Below are positions 1 to 12,400 of a DNA stretch of 64,000 bases, piece by piece (position 1 is the first letter of the stretch; each line of letters starts with the position of its first letter). The stretch is taken from positions 1 through 64,000 of the forward strand of contig NIVC01003781.1 of assembly GCA_002269645.1 (NCBI GenBank). Direction: 5' to 3'. Made by a program: the position numbers and the translations under genes. The notes beneath the pieces were generated by a model. It was given only the letters and a program-made list of their open reading frames with translations. It ran no database searches and was not told the origin of the DNA. Origin of the DNA: Macrostomum lignano. Its lineage: Eukaryota.

Positions 1-3000
1 TATTTTGGGTTATCAAAGATGACAACGAATTAACAAATATATTTGCACTAAAATTTTTGATAGCATCAAAATGATAGAAGTAGCGAGACAAAGCACTGAG
101 CTTGTACTCTGATACCCCTAACTTCCAGAGCATAGAGATTATTGAAAATTCTGTGAAAAGTTCCTGACTGCTTTCTTAGAAAGCTGATAATTTATTTAAA
201 TCGCTTGAGTCAAAGGGTGGAGGTCTACGGAGTCCTGACTCTCTATCTCTATGCAGGAATTAGTACGAATTTCTAACTTATTGTATTGAGAAACTTTTTC
301 TTAGCTTATCTCAAGTTATCTGTTTTCTTTTTTTAAATAAAAATTAATGTGTTACTCTGACTGATGCAAAGTGTAGCGATGTATGTAGCCCGTGGCCCGT
401 TATTTTTATATTCATTTTGGTCAAATAAAGTCTCATTTAGTTAGTTCTGCAGAAATTTCCTATTTTATAAATCATTTTCTATTTAAACAGATTAAAAAAC
501 TCTAGAATTCAAAGAGTCCTATTAAGAAAAGAACTAAAACTTAATGTGTCTATGTGTCTCTGTCTATATACAAATTTGTCCCTATTCCAATCCAATGGTA
601 TGGATATTATTGCAAACAGTGTCCCATAGTTTAGAACAAACTAACTATATTTAATTTAACTTTTCTTTGTATGAATGAGTATTCGTATTCTTTATTTTTG
701 TCCTAATGCTAGTTTTTTTAAATTGAGTTATTATATTTATAAGGAATTTTATATGTGGCAAGGGTAAACATATTGTCTGTATTTTTGAGACTATAGTCAA
801 AGCTCAAAGTCTAATTTCTAAAAGGATTATATTAACTATCTCATTTTCAATTTCATGCCATTCAAACACTTAGAATCAGTAGTTATAAAAAGTATTAGAT
901 TAAGGCAGTTGTTATTTGCCTAGTGACTAGATAAATAGTGATGTAATTATTTGTTTAGTTACTAGATAAAGAGCCATGTTGCACTATTCATCTAGTTAAT
1001 ACTAGGCCTAGACAAAAAAGCTTTTTGTGATTTGTCTAGTTAAACTGATAATACAAGTTAATTTTCATATATATATTATAGTGAATATTTCTGGACTTTA
1101 AAGATGTCTTACTCAAATATTGATTATTATGTTGTCATATTTCTAGTATATATCTTACACTTATATCTTACCACATATATTAGTTTTTCACTGAAAATTT
1201 TTGGCAAGAGAATTTTTAATTAATCAAGTGTAGGCCTAATTGTGTACATATTTGCTTTGCTTATACTAGTATAATAGAAAATTAATCAGGATTTGAGAAA
1301 AGATCCTAAAAATCTAGAATATACATGACTTAACAAATAGACACTTTTGTTAGTAATAGAAACAAATTTTAGTAACTTGTGTTATTTTTTTAGTACTAGA
1401 AAAATAACAATATAGCTTTTTGTCCCCTATCCAGAAGAATAACTATAAGTAGCTATTTGTCTGGTTGCCGAACAAAAAAAACTGCCTTGGATTAATATTA
1501 ATATCTATAATGGGTTTTTTTTAAGGTTGGAAATCCAGTTGCCAGCTGGCCCTTGGGGCTCAAAATCTGATTGCCAATGGCTATTCTTGGTTGCCCATTG
1601 GCAACTAGCAAAATTCTTGTGGATAGATATTTCCAAAGCTATGTTTAAAAGCAGAATTTTTTTCTTTTAACTCTACGATTGTTATCTATGCTAGAAAAAA
1701 ATAAACTAACCATTGCATCATATTGATTAAGATTCATTATTATTATATTTACAAAATCATTTTTTTTTAAATTAGCAATTGGCATGGAAATTGAAGTTGC
1801 CAGATTGACCTCTGACTAATGCCAAAATAGCCAGTTTCCAACAAGATTTTCAAGGGGCCAAAAAACCCTATATGGCTCAAAACCTACTATCTATGTATTT
1901 ACTATGTTTTTCATTTGCTAATTTAATGTGTAGCAAACAAATTCTTTTTAATTGAATATGAATTTGGCTTATCTTGCCAAAGACCTCTTTTTAGATAATA
2001 TAAATATACTATATTATAAAATGAAATATTTATAGACCCTTTGTCTTTGTGTTTAAATGCTAGTTTTATCTAGAATATCTTTATTATTATTTATTATATA
2101 TTTATTATATACTTATAATATACTTTATTATGTTATAAGTATGATCTATCTTTATTAATAATAAAAATAACTTCTTTTTAGGCCTACTTTTAAACATTAT
2201 ATTTTAATTTTGTTTTTATTTGTATATATCAATATTCATTTAAAGTTTATTAATGTCTAGTTTTTGTTTTATCAGCATCTATAATTTTAAAATTAAACTT
2301 TGAAATTTAGATTATGCTTAATGCTAAAAAATTGTATATTATTTACTACTTGTTATTTTTTATTTTTTAGTTAAAATATGGATCAAACTATATATAAGTC
2401 TATTAAATGCCATTTTCATTTTTTAATTTTTAAAGTGTTACCTAAAAAAATTGTATATGCTTATATATTATTCTAGGTTACCTTTTTAATATTATTTTCT
2501 TTTGTTTATATGCAAGTTAGGTTTTTATATTATATGTTTTAGCTTTAAATATAAGATAAGATCGATCCTTATTTTTGTATCATTAATACTTACATTTTTA
2601 ATAGAAGTACAAGTTTTTTTGAAACTTATCTTGTAGATATTATTATAAGTATGAAGCATCTGTTATTCTAAAAGTAAAATGCAAATGAGAAACCAAGAAA
2701 TTTGTTTGATAAAGATGGATAGCAAATGTAAATAATGTTGAATATAGTATTATTTTTATTTCTTTGTTTTATTTCATTTCCTCAAAATACTAGTTTATGA
2801 CTTATATGAACATTTTAGCCTCTTAAAAAAACTTCTATCATATAGGTTAAAAGCTAGTTAGTCAAGAAAGTATTTTCTTTTGGAATGAATCCCTATTTGT
2901 TGATTTTTATGCTTGGGCTAATGTTTATAAACTAAGTCAAGAAATTTTAAAACTCTAATTAAAAAAAATCCTTTCAAAAGAAATAGTCCAGCTTTTTAAA

Positions 3001-3231
3001 CAAACTTCTAAAGAAGTATAGCTCTCATAGTTTTGATTTATCCTTTCATTATTATTTGAGTAATAGTCCTTCTGTTATTTTTATATAGAATTTATATATG
3101 GTCGATTTGTTTGTATCCATTCAATATTTTTGTATTTGGACATGATATATCTAAGATTTCCCCTCTTCACTAGTTTGCTTTTCCCATTTGGAACAATTGC
3201 AGCTCTCCCAGTATTACCCAGTGCAGCAACC

Positions 3232-6200
3232 ATGGGAAAGCCTGTGAGTTTTTATTTGGATTGAATATTTTGTTTCATCAAAGAAGCTATTTTTGAATAG
3301 GTTTGTTTATTACAAGCGTATAAACTTTTGAAATTGTCTTCAACCATGTACAGATCAATGTCAAAGTCACTACTATGGATGCTGAGTTGGAGTTCTCCAT
3401 TCAGTCCAACACTTCTGGCAAGCAGTTGTTTGATCAGGTAAGCCGGCTTCAGTATAAACAGTTTAACTGTCAGTTGTGGGAAAAACTTTGCACTGTGTTC
3501 AAATGAAAAGTTCTGTCAACATCCAGACCAAAATTTAGAATAAATGTACATCTTCTGTGCTCAACCAGGTCGTGAAGACTATCGGCCTCAGAGAGATCTG
3601 GTACTTCGGCCTGAGGTACATCGACTCCAAAGGCTTTCCCACCTGGCTGAAACTCAACAAGAAGGTCATGCAGCAGGACCTGCCCAAGGAGGCTCAGATG
3701 GTGTTCGAGTTTCGCGTCAAGTTTTATCCAGAGGACGCCTGCGAAGAACTGATCCAGGATGTCACCCAGCGCATGTTCTATCTGCAGGTCAAGGAGGCCA
3801 TCCTTAATGGCGACGTCTTCTGCCCGCCTGAGACTGCCGTGCTGCTCGCCAGCACCGCCTGCCAGGTAAGTCTGGGGTAACTTGGAGTAGAGTGGGTACA
3901 TCTGGGGTAGAGTGGGGGCCATCTTGGAGTAGATTTATTGGCATCGTGGAGTAGAGTAGGTACATCTTGGAGTAGAGTAGCGAGTGGGTACATCTGGGGT
4001 AGAGTGGGGGCTATCTTGGAGTAGATTTATTGGCATCGTGGAGTAGAGTAGGTACATCTTGGAGTAGAGTGGGTACATCTGGGGTAGAGTGGGGGCCATC
4101 TGGGAGTATATTTATTGACATCGTGGAGTAGAGTAGGTACATCTTGGAGTAGAGTGGGTACATCTGGGGTAGAGTGGGGGCCATCTTGGAGTAGATTTAT
4201 TGGCATCGTGAAGTAGAGTAGGTACATCTTGGAGTAGAGTGGGTACATCTTGGAGTAGAGTGGGTACATCTTGGAATAGAGTGGGGTACATCGTGGAGTA
4301 GAGTAGGTACATCTTGGAATAGAGTGGGGTACATCGTGGAGTAGAGTAGGTACATCTTGGAGTAGAGTGGGTACATTTGGGGTAGAGTGGGGGCCATCTT
4401 GGAGTAGATTTATTGGCATCGTGGAGTAGAGTAGGTACATCTTGGAGTAGAGTGGGTACATCTTGGAGTAGAGTGGGTACATCTTGGAGTAGAGTGGGTA
4501 CATCTTGGAATAGAGTGGGGTACATCGTGGAGTAGAGTAGGTACATCTTGGAATAGAGTGGGGTACATCGTGGAGTAGAGTAGGTACATCTTGGAATAGA
4601 GTGGGGTACATCTTGGAGTAGAGTGGGTACATCTTGAAATAGTGGGGTACGTCTTGGAGTAGAGTGGGCGCCATCTTGGAGTAAAGTAGGGGCCATCTTG
4701 GAGTAGAGTGGGTACATCTTGGAGTAGAGTGGGAGCCATCTTGGAGTAGAGTGGGGACCATCTTGGAGTAGAGTGGGGGCCATCTTGGAGTAAAGTAGGG
4801 GCCATCTTGGAGTAGAGTGGGGGCCATCTTGGAGTAAAGTAGAGGCCATCTTGGAGTAGAGTCGGGGCCATCTTGGAGTAAAGTAGGGACCATCTTGGAG
4901 TAGAGTGGGTACATCTTGGAGTAGAGTGGGTATATCTTGGAATAGAGTGGGGTACATCATGGAGTAGAGTGGGTACATCTTGGAGTAGAGTGGGGGCCAT
5001 CTTGGAGTAGAGTGGGTACATCTTGAAATAGTGGGGTACGTCTTGGAGTAGAGTGGGCGCCATCTTGGAGTAAAGTAGGGGCCATCTTGGAGTAGAGTGG
5101 GTATATCTTGGAGTAGAGTGGGAGCCATCTTGGAGTAGAGTGGGGACCATCTTGGAGTAGAGTGGGGGCCATCTTGGAGTAAAGTAGGGGCCATCTTGGA
5201 GTAGAGTGGGGGCCATCTTGGAGTAAAGTAGAGGCCATCTTGGAGTAGAGTGGGGGCCATCTTGGAGTAAAGTAGGGACCATCTTGGAGTAGAGTGGGTA
5301 CATCGTGGAGTAGAGTGGGTACATCTTGGAGTAGAGTGGGGGCCATCTTGGAGTAGAGTGGGGGCCATCTTGGAGTAGAGTGGGGGCCATCTTGGAGTAG
5401 AGTGGGGGCCATCTTGAAGTAGAGTGGGGGCCATCTTGGAGTAAAGTAGGGGCCATCTTGGAGTAGAGTGGGGACCATCTTGGAGTAGAGTGGGGACCAT
5501 CTTGGAGTAGAGTGGGTGCATGCAGGTTCCCACTGAAAATAGGCGGTCTTCTCAACCCCCGGCCCGCTGCAGGTGAAGTTCGGAGACTACAACCCCGAGG
5601 TGCACACGGCCGGCTTCCTCAGCCGGGAGAAGACCTTCCCCATTCCCGTGCACGTGCTGGAGAAGCACAGCCTGACCAAGGGCGACTGGGAGGAGAAGAT
5701 CGTGAACTGGTACAAGGAGATGCGCGGCCGCATGAAGGAGGACGCCATGCTGGAGTACCTGAAGGTGGCGCAGGACCTGGAGATGTACGGCGTGAACTAC
5801 TTCGAGATCAAGAACAAGAAGGGCACCGACCTGTTCCTTGGCGTCGACGCTCTCGGGCTGAACATCTACGCCAAGGACGACAAGCTGACGCCCAAGATTG
5901 GCTTCCCCTGGTCGGAGATCCGCAACATCTCCTTCAACGACAAGAAGTTCGTCATCAAGCCCAACGACAGGAGAGCGCCGGTAAGTTGCAATGGCAAAGT
6001 AGCTGAAAGTTTGAGACAGGTGGGGTAGCTGAGGAGTTGGTAGTTAGGGATGGGGTAGCTGAGGAGTTGGTATTGGTAGCTAGATGTGGGTTAGCTGAGG
6101 AGTTGGTAGTTAGGGATGGGGTAGCTGAGGAGTTGGTAGTTAGGGATGGGGTAGCTGAGGAGTTGGTAGTTAGGGATGGGGTAGCTGAGGAGTTGGTAGT

Positions 6201-9200
6201 TAGGGATGGGGTAGCTGAGGAGTTGGTATTGGTAGCTAGATGTGGGTTAGCTGAGGAGTTGGTAGGTAGAGGTGGGGTAACTGAGTAGTTGGTAGGTAGA
6301 GATAGAGTAGCTGAGGAGTTGGTAGGTAGAGGTAGGGTAGCTGAGGAGTTGGTATTGGTAGTTAGAGGTGGGTAGCTATCGAGCTGCAGGTGAGATAGCT
6401 AATGAACTGCAGCTTAAGATAGCTAATGAACTGGAGGTGAGGTAGCTAATGAACTGCAGGTGAGGTAGCTAATGAACTGCAGGTGAGGTAGCTAATGAAC
6501 TGCAGGTGAGGTAGCTAATGAACTGCAGGTGAGGTAGCTAATGAACTGCAGGTGAGGTAGCTAATGAACTGCAGGTGAGGTAGCTAATGAACTGCAGGTG
6601 AGGTAGCTAATGAACCAAAGTCAATGACTCGAACCCCCCGCCGGCAGGACTTTGTGTTCTTCGCATCCCGCCTGCGCATCAACAAGCGCATCCTGGCGCT
6701 GTGCATGGGCAACCACGAGCTGTACATGCGCCGGCGGAAGCCCGACACCATCGAGGTGCAGCAGATGAAAGCCCAGGCCAAGGAGGACCGGGCCAACAAG
6801 CAGTTTGAAAAGTGAGCACTGGAAATGATTGAACAAAATGATAGCAACGCCCCTCTGCACTCCCCTCTCTCTGTCTCTCCTCATTCCTGACCTGGTGGGC
6901 GGTTAAGCAGTTGACGCACGCCAGGCGGTTCTCTTGTCTCGCCCAGTCAGTCAGTCAGGTCTGCCGTGACTTTTCACCTTTTTATTGCTTGCCCCCCCCC
7001 CTGCTTTTTGGTCCGGCTTCGTGTCGTAGAATTTTTTTCTGCGTTCTTTCTTCTTTTCTTTCTGTTTTCCTTCTTAATTTCTGCCTTCTCTTGCGGGGCC
7101 TCGCCCTGGCAGGAGTTTGTCTCGCTTATCTGCCCCCCCCCCCCCTGCTCGGCGCTGGGGCTTGCTGCGCACGGGCGGAGAGCTTTGATCGCCCGCCTGG
7201 GTTAGGCCTGCTGGCCTCAGTGCCTCTGCTTTCCCTGCTGCTACTGGCAATCTGCTCTCTCTGAATGAGCCGGCCCACCAGCACTGCCGGCCTGCATTTC
7301 GGACGTTTGCAAATTCGTAATGATTTCTCTCTGCCTTATTGTGCACCTGGCTCAGGTCCGTTGGTTCGGTCACAGGCGGCAGATACGGGACTCGGAGTGC
7401 CTGAGTGCAGGCTGGGGCCAAACAGTTGATAGGCAGGTTCGGCTGGGCTCAGATAAGCCGGCAGCTGCTCAACACGCCCCTCCACCCAGCGCAGATTCTG
7501 TTCGCCATTTTTTGCCAATCGCTGTTTCCATGGCAACTAACTAAGGCGTTGCTCCTGCGCTGGCTGGCGGCGGCCTCGCAAGCGGCTGCGTGCCAATCGT
7601 ACAAGCCAAGCCAGTAAAGTCGAACATTTTACAGCACAGTTTTTACAGTTTCTGTGCTGTTTTTTTACAGCCGGGCAACTGCGCAGTTCCGCAGCCACCG
7701 CCCCACATCTTATTTGTTTTGTCACAGAGGTTTTCTAGCCACTTTTTTGCCCCATTTGCTCGAGTTTTTGGAGGGTCAGGCCGCTAATTAAACATTTAAA
7801 CAATCAAAGGCTATTGGAATTTGTGCAGGCTTTCTATTTTCAAGGCTAAAACTGCAAAAGCGATTCTCCTTTTGTCTTGTTAGTCTTGAAGTTTGCCGAC
7901 TCAAAGCCACCTGCAAAACTTGTTTTTTAGCGTGGAATTTTTCGAAAGTTTTCAGCATACAATGGCTTGCTATTTCAACAATTCAACTAATTTTCGATAT
8001 TAATATTCTCGATCGCCTACTGATATCGTGCAAACAGTAGCGCTGTTTGGATGTGATAACTATTGATTTTCGCGCATATTTAAAATAATTAAATAAGGGT
8101 CCGTCTCGAACGCGAGCGGGCGGCCCGCGAGGAGGCGGAAAGCCGTCGGCACGAGCTGGAGGACCGGCTGCGCGAGCTGGAGAAGGAGCAGGAGAGCTAC
8201 GCCAGGGAGAGGGACGAGCAGACCCGCCGGCTGGCCGAGATGTCCCGCCAGATGGAGGAGATTCAGCGCCAACGCGACGAGATCGAGGCGGCCAGGGAGC
8301 GCGCGGAGGAGATCCGGCAGCAGCTGGAGTCGCAGGTGCAGATGAGCGCGGAGGAGCGCGCCCGGCTAGTAGAGGAGAACGAGAAGGTCCAGGCCATGGT
8401 GGCAGCCAAGGAGGAGGAGGCCCAGCAGGCCACGGAGGAGCTGACCACCATGCGCTCGGAGCTGGAGACGGTGCGCAAGGACCTTGAGGACACCACGGGC
8501 CGCATGCAGGAGCTGTCCACACAGGCCGCCGCCGCCAACTCTGCCGCCGCTGCCGCCGCTTCAGCCGCCTCTGCCAGCGCCTCGGCACCTGCCGCCTCCG
8601 CCAGCGCCGTCCACGCGGCCCACCTGGACGAGATCGACGACGATGTGGCCGGTGAGCTGCTGGGCTGCTGATTAATGCTTTTGCATTGGCTTCAGCTACT
8701 CATGTTCAACAGTTCTTAATAGGCATTTTCTATTGTACTACTGTTAGTAGCTAATATGATAATCTGTTTGCTTTACTAAATTTATTTTTATAGCCAAGTC
8801 TATTCCGGTTGTTGCTAAGCCGCTGGCCGATCGCTGCTCAGCCTGATGCGCATTTTTATGGTATTCATTGCCGAGCTGTCGGCTGCCCATCATAATTTGC
8901 TTTTTTGCTTCTTCTTAGCTGCAGGAGCGGAGGCTGGAATCCGGTTTCCTTACTATCTATGCAGACTGTTTGAACCGCACCCTGTGCACAGGAAACCCAA
9001 ATGCACCCTAATTCCCTGTGCTACTCATAGTAGTTTCTCAAGCCAATATTTTATAATCCTGTTGCTTGCGGAATGCGTCATGGTGGACCCACGGTGCACA
9101 TGAACTCTTGCTGTCTTCAGGCTCTCGTTCCAGGCTGTCTTCTGCTGCTGCTGCTGCTCGGGTTGGCGTGTCCAGGCTCAGTAACTTTTGCATTGCTGCA

Positions 9201-10640
9201 TACCTTGCTCACTCCGCAGCTCACCTGTGTGAGTGTGTCAGCTTGACTCACCTGTGTCAGTGTGTCAGCTGTGCCACTTGCCTCACCTGTGTCAGTGTGT
9301 CAGCTGTGCCACTTGCCTCACCTGTGTCTGTGTCAGCTGTGCCACTTGCCTCACCTGTGTCTGTGTCAGCTGTGCCACTTGCCTCACCTGTGTCTGTGTG
9401 TCAGCTGTTCCACTTGCCTCACCTGTGTCTGTGTCAGCTGTTCCACTTGCCTCACCTGTGTCAGTGTGTCAGCTGTGCCACTTGCCTCACCTGTGTCTGT
9501 GTCAGCTGTGCCACTTGCCTCACCTGTGTCAGTGTGTCAGCTGTGCCACTTACCTCCTGTGTCAGTGTGTCAGCTGTGCCACTTGCCTCACCTGTGTCAG
9601 TGTGTCAGCTCCTTCATTGGTGCAGTAGTGTATTTTTGTCAACTTAGGCAATTATCTAAAAAACATTTTAAAACAATTTTTGCAATTATTGTCTTTTTGG
9701 GTTTTTAGTTCCAAACTTTTTCCTTTTAAGCCTCACACCATACCTGATGAGACTATTTGCTGCACTTGGTGCTTCTGTTCTGTTTGTTCACCAATGCTTT
9801 TAAGTTTAGTCCTCTTGCACTTTACAGAACTGCCAACCTGGCCGTGCTGCCATCCCGCTGAGATGCCACCCCCTCCCTGCCACCCCGCTGAGATGCCACC
9901 CCCTCCCTGCCATCCCGCTGAGATGCCACCCCGCTGAGATGCCACCCCGCTGAGATGCCACCCCCTCCCTGCCACCCCGCTGAGATGCCACCCCCTCCCT
10001 GCCATCCCGCTGAGATGCCACCCCGCTGAGATGCCACCCCGCTGAGATGCCACCCCGCTGAGATGCCACCCCGCTGAGATGCCACCCCGCTGAGATGCCA
10101 CCCCGCTGAGATGCCACCCCGCTGAGATGCCACCCCGCTGAGATGCCACCCCGCTGAGATGCCACCCCGCTGAGATGCCACCCCGCTGAGATGCCACCCG
10201 CTGAGATGCCACCCCGCTGAGATGCCACCCCTTGTACTCGCGAGAATCAAAGCTCCCGAAACCCGCCCGCCGCCCCGCCTCAGACGAGAAGAATTACAGC
10301 TTCGACAGTCTCCGCAATGGCGAGCCGACGGTGGACCGGGAGGACATCCGCGGCGAGTACACCCAGGAGCAGAGCGTCAAGGCCAAGCTGGAAGAGATGC
10401 GCGATGAGCTGAACAACGCCAGGTAGGCTGTGGGGATTTGCAGTAGTGAGGAGGGTCCTGAGCATTCCTGACTTTCTCTTGCCCCTGTCTGCCGCTATTT
10501 GCAGGCGCGAGGAGAAAGTGCAGCCAATCGACAAGCTGCACGAGACCAACGTGCGCGAGGGCCGGTCCAAGTTCAAGACGCTGCAGAAAATCCGGCTGGG
10601 CAACACGAAGAAGCGCATTGACGAGTTCGAGTCCATGTGA
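3232..10640 (+). CDS. ERM: Ezrin/radixin/moesin (ERM) protein, 597 aa; join(3232..3243,3354..3437,3569..3865,5573..5980,6648..6811,8098..8651,10284..10422,10505..10640)
   Basis: All 7 introns are GT-AG with consistent phases (total 1794 nt). Translation MGKP|[28 protein letters not shown]|[15 protein letters not shown]...[10 protein letters not shown]...[24 protein letters not shown]...[44 protein letters not shown] (FERM domain), then a coiled coil, then the C-ERMAD tail [23 protein letters not shown]. Confidence 0.96.
3880..5518. repeat. 21/22-bp minisatellite (CTTGGAGTAGAGTGGGTACAT / ...GGGGGCCAT) filling ERM intron 3
   Basis: Visible tandem periodicity with higher-order blocks containing GATTTATTGGCATCGTG. 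Confidence 0.95.
6020..6378. repeat. 30-bp minisatellite (GTAGCTGAGGAGTTGGTAGTTAGGGATGGG), ERM intron 4
   Basis: Direct tandem copies. Confidence 0.9.
6382..6615. repeat. 23-bp minisatellite (AGGTGAGGTAGCTAATGAACTGC), ERM intron 4
   Basis: 7 perfect plus about 3 degenerate tandem units. Confidence 0.95.
7524..7537. promoter_or_regulatory. RFX X-box GTTTCCATGGCAAC in ERM intron 5
   Basis: Exact match to the X-box consensus GTYNCCATRGYAAC; function not shown. Confidence 0.5.
9225..9610. repeat. 33-35-bp minisatellite (CAGCTGTGCCACTTGCCTCACCTGTGTC(T/A)GTGT), ERM intron 6
   Basis: About 11 tandem units. Confidence 0.92.
9848..10230. repeat. 16-bp minisatellite (CCCCGCTGAGATGCCA) with 30-bp variants, ERM intron 6
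   Basis: Tandem periodicity. Confidence 0.93.
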
Positions 10641-10703
10641 TTCGAGTTGGCAATATCAAACTATCTTCATGCTGTGCGTTTTCTCCGTTCAAGAGGAAGT
10701 ATA

Positions 10704-10709
10704 AATAAA
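10704..10709 (+). terminator. Probable ERM polyadenylation signal AATAAA
   Basis: AATAAA about 65 nt after the stop, followed by a T-rich tract. Confidence 0.55.
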
Positions 10710-11566
10710 ATTAAGTTTGCTCTGTTTTTTATTACTTATCGCTACTAACTCGTTCCTTTTGAAGCTGTGCGCTGGCTGGTTTCCGTATTACTGAGTACAT
10801 TCCATCAGAAATTCCTCTCTCATAAGATCTGTTCAGACCAGTGTAAACCAGTTATTTACCTGGACATTTTTATGCAACATTAAAAACTTTACTAAATTAG
10901 TTTTTCAGCGTAGAGTAGAAGCCAGCTTGTTGTCTGATTGATTTTTGGCGACAATCAGCCAATTTATCCCTGATTGCACCTGCGAGCTGCTTTGCTGATT
11001 TTCTTTTATTCTTCTCTGCCACTTTTTACCGGGTTTCCATCGGAGGGCGAACGAAAAGCGCTCTGCTCTACTCACCGATTCTACTGAGTAGTCTGTTTAG
11101 CATATACTTTCTAATTGTGTGCGTATTTTCACCAAGTAATTATCGATCTGCAACGAGTCCGCACGATTTGCTCACCCAGATTTTCCAGAGTACTCGTAGC
11201 TTTCATTGGCGCTGCCTCGATTTTATTGAGCATTAAATTTTTTTTTCACTTCATTCCTTCACTTCGCCTCAAATCAAAAAGTGCAACTTCGAAACATTTT
11301 TATTATTATTTCTGCTTATTCAAGTTTCTACACATTAATGCTTTCGCCAGCAAAATTCTGTGCAAAACTAAACAAATATATCTAAGCGGAAGTCTTGATT
11401 GCTGCGGTTTGTTTACTCCTCCGGCTCCGTGTGGATGGCTGCTTCCTTGACCACTGGCTAAAATACGATGCGGGAGCATGAGATAAACATTTCCGGTGTG
11501 CCTTTGCTGTCTTAGCTGTTAATTTAACTCAGTGTCCGCAGTGTCTACCTGCTAGGTCTACACTCG

Positions 11567-11807
11567 GAGCAATTTGTGTCCCTGAGCAAGGCACTTAACT
11601 CTGCATTGCTTCAGTTCACCCAGCTGTAAAGTGGGTGCCAGCATTAGCTGGGGTAATTGAGGGTGTGTGGCGACCCCCCCCCCCCAGTCCTTGGACTCAA
11701 CAGCCGGATCTGCCTTCAGACGCGCCGTGCAGTAGCTGCGGCTGAGCTGTCGGTTGCACATCTGGCCATTAGGGCAGGTGTAATCAATTCTTATTAATAT
11801 TATTATG
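11567..11807 (+). mobile_element. 5'-truncated copy of a tRNA-derived SINE family
   Basis: Shares the body GTCCCTGAGCAAGGCACTTAA...CACCCAGCTGTAAA...GCTGAGCTGTCGGTTGCAC and the GTGTAATCAATT(ATT)n tail with three other copies in the window. Confidence 0.85.
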
Positions 11808-11834
11808 TAGTATCTAAATGCACATTTATCCCCA

Positions 11835-12085
11835 GTATCTACCTACAGTGTCTATCTGCAGTATCTAGCTGCAGTGTCTATCTTCAGTATCGATCTACTT
11901 ACAGTGTCTATCTGCAGTATCTACGTACAGTGTCTATCTGCAGTATCTACCTGTAGTGTCTATCTGCAGTATCTATCTGCAGTGTCTATCTTCAGTATCG
12001 ATCTACTTACAGTGTCTATCTGCAGTATCTACTTACAGTGTCTATCTGCAGTATCTACCTGTAGTATCTATCTGCAGTATCTACG
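11835..12085. repeat. Degenerate 14/28-bp repeat (CAGTATCTA.CTG.AGTGTCTATCTG)
   Basis: Tandem periodicity between two SINE copies. Confidence 0.8.
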
Positions 12086-12094
12086 AGTATTATA

Positions 12095-12400
12095 GGGGGT
12101 TGCAGCCTAGTGGTTAGAGCCTTCGGACTCACGACTTGAAGGTGAAAGGTTCGATTCCCGATCCCACTGGAACACTTTTTGTCCCTGAGCAAGACACTTA
12201 AATCTACATTGCTTTAGTTCACCCAGCTGTAAAATGGGTGCCCGCATTAGCTGGGGTAATTGAGGGTTGTGGCGACCCCCCCCCAGTCCTCGAACTAAAC
12301 AGCCGTACGCAACCTTCAGATGCGCCGCGCAATAGCTGCGGCTGAGCTGTCGGTTGCACATCTGCCCACTAGGGTAGGTGTAGTCAATTATTAATTATTT
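12095..12400 (+). mobile_element. Full-length tRNA-derived SINE
   Basis: Pol III A box (TAGTGGTTAGAG), B box (GGTTCGATTCC), conserved body, ATT-rich tail. Confidence 0.88.

Noticed and set aside
1590-1605. GTTGCCCATTGGCAAC X-box-like palindrome and weak inverted ends at about 1510-1870
   Set aside because: Half-site spacing is too long for the X-box consensus; the TIR similarity is too weak to define an element.
4027-5555. Long minus-strand ORFs (295-473 aa)
   Set aside because: They are translations of the intronic minisatellite; repetitive in all frames and antisense to ERM.
9066-10250. Cys-rich and GGISAGW-type ORFs; alternative acceptor at 9827
   Set aside because: Repeat-derived; splicing to 9828 runs into a stop within the array, whereas 10284 gives the conserved ERM tail.
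12095-12170. tRNA-like heads at 12095, 35477 and 54221
   Set aside because: Poor cloverleaf pairing and continuous with a shared SINE body; not tRNA genes.
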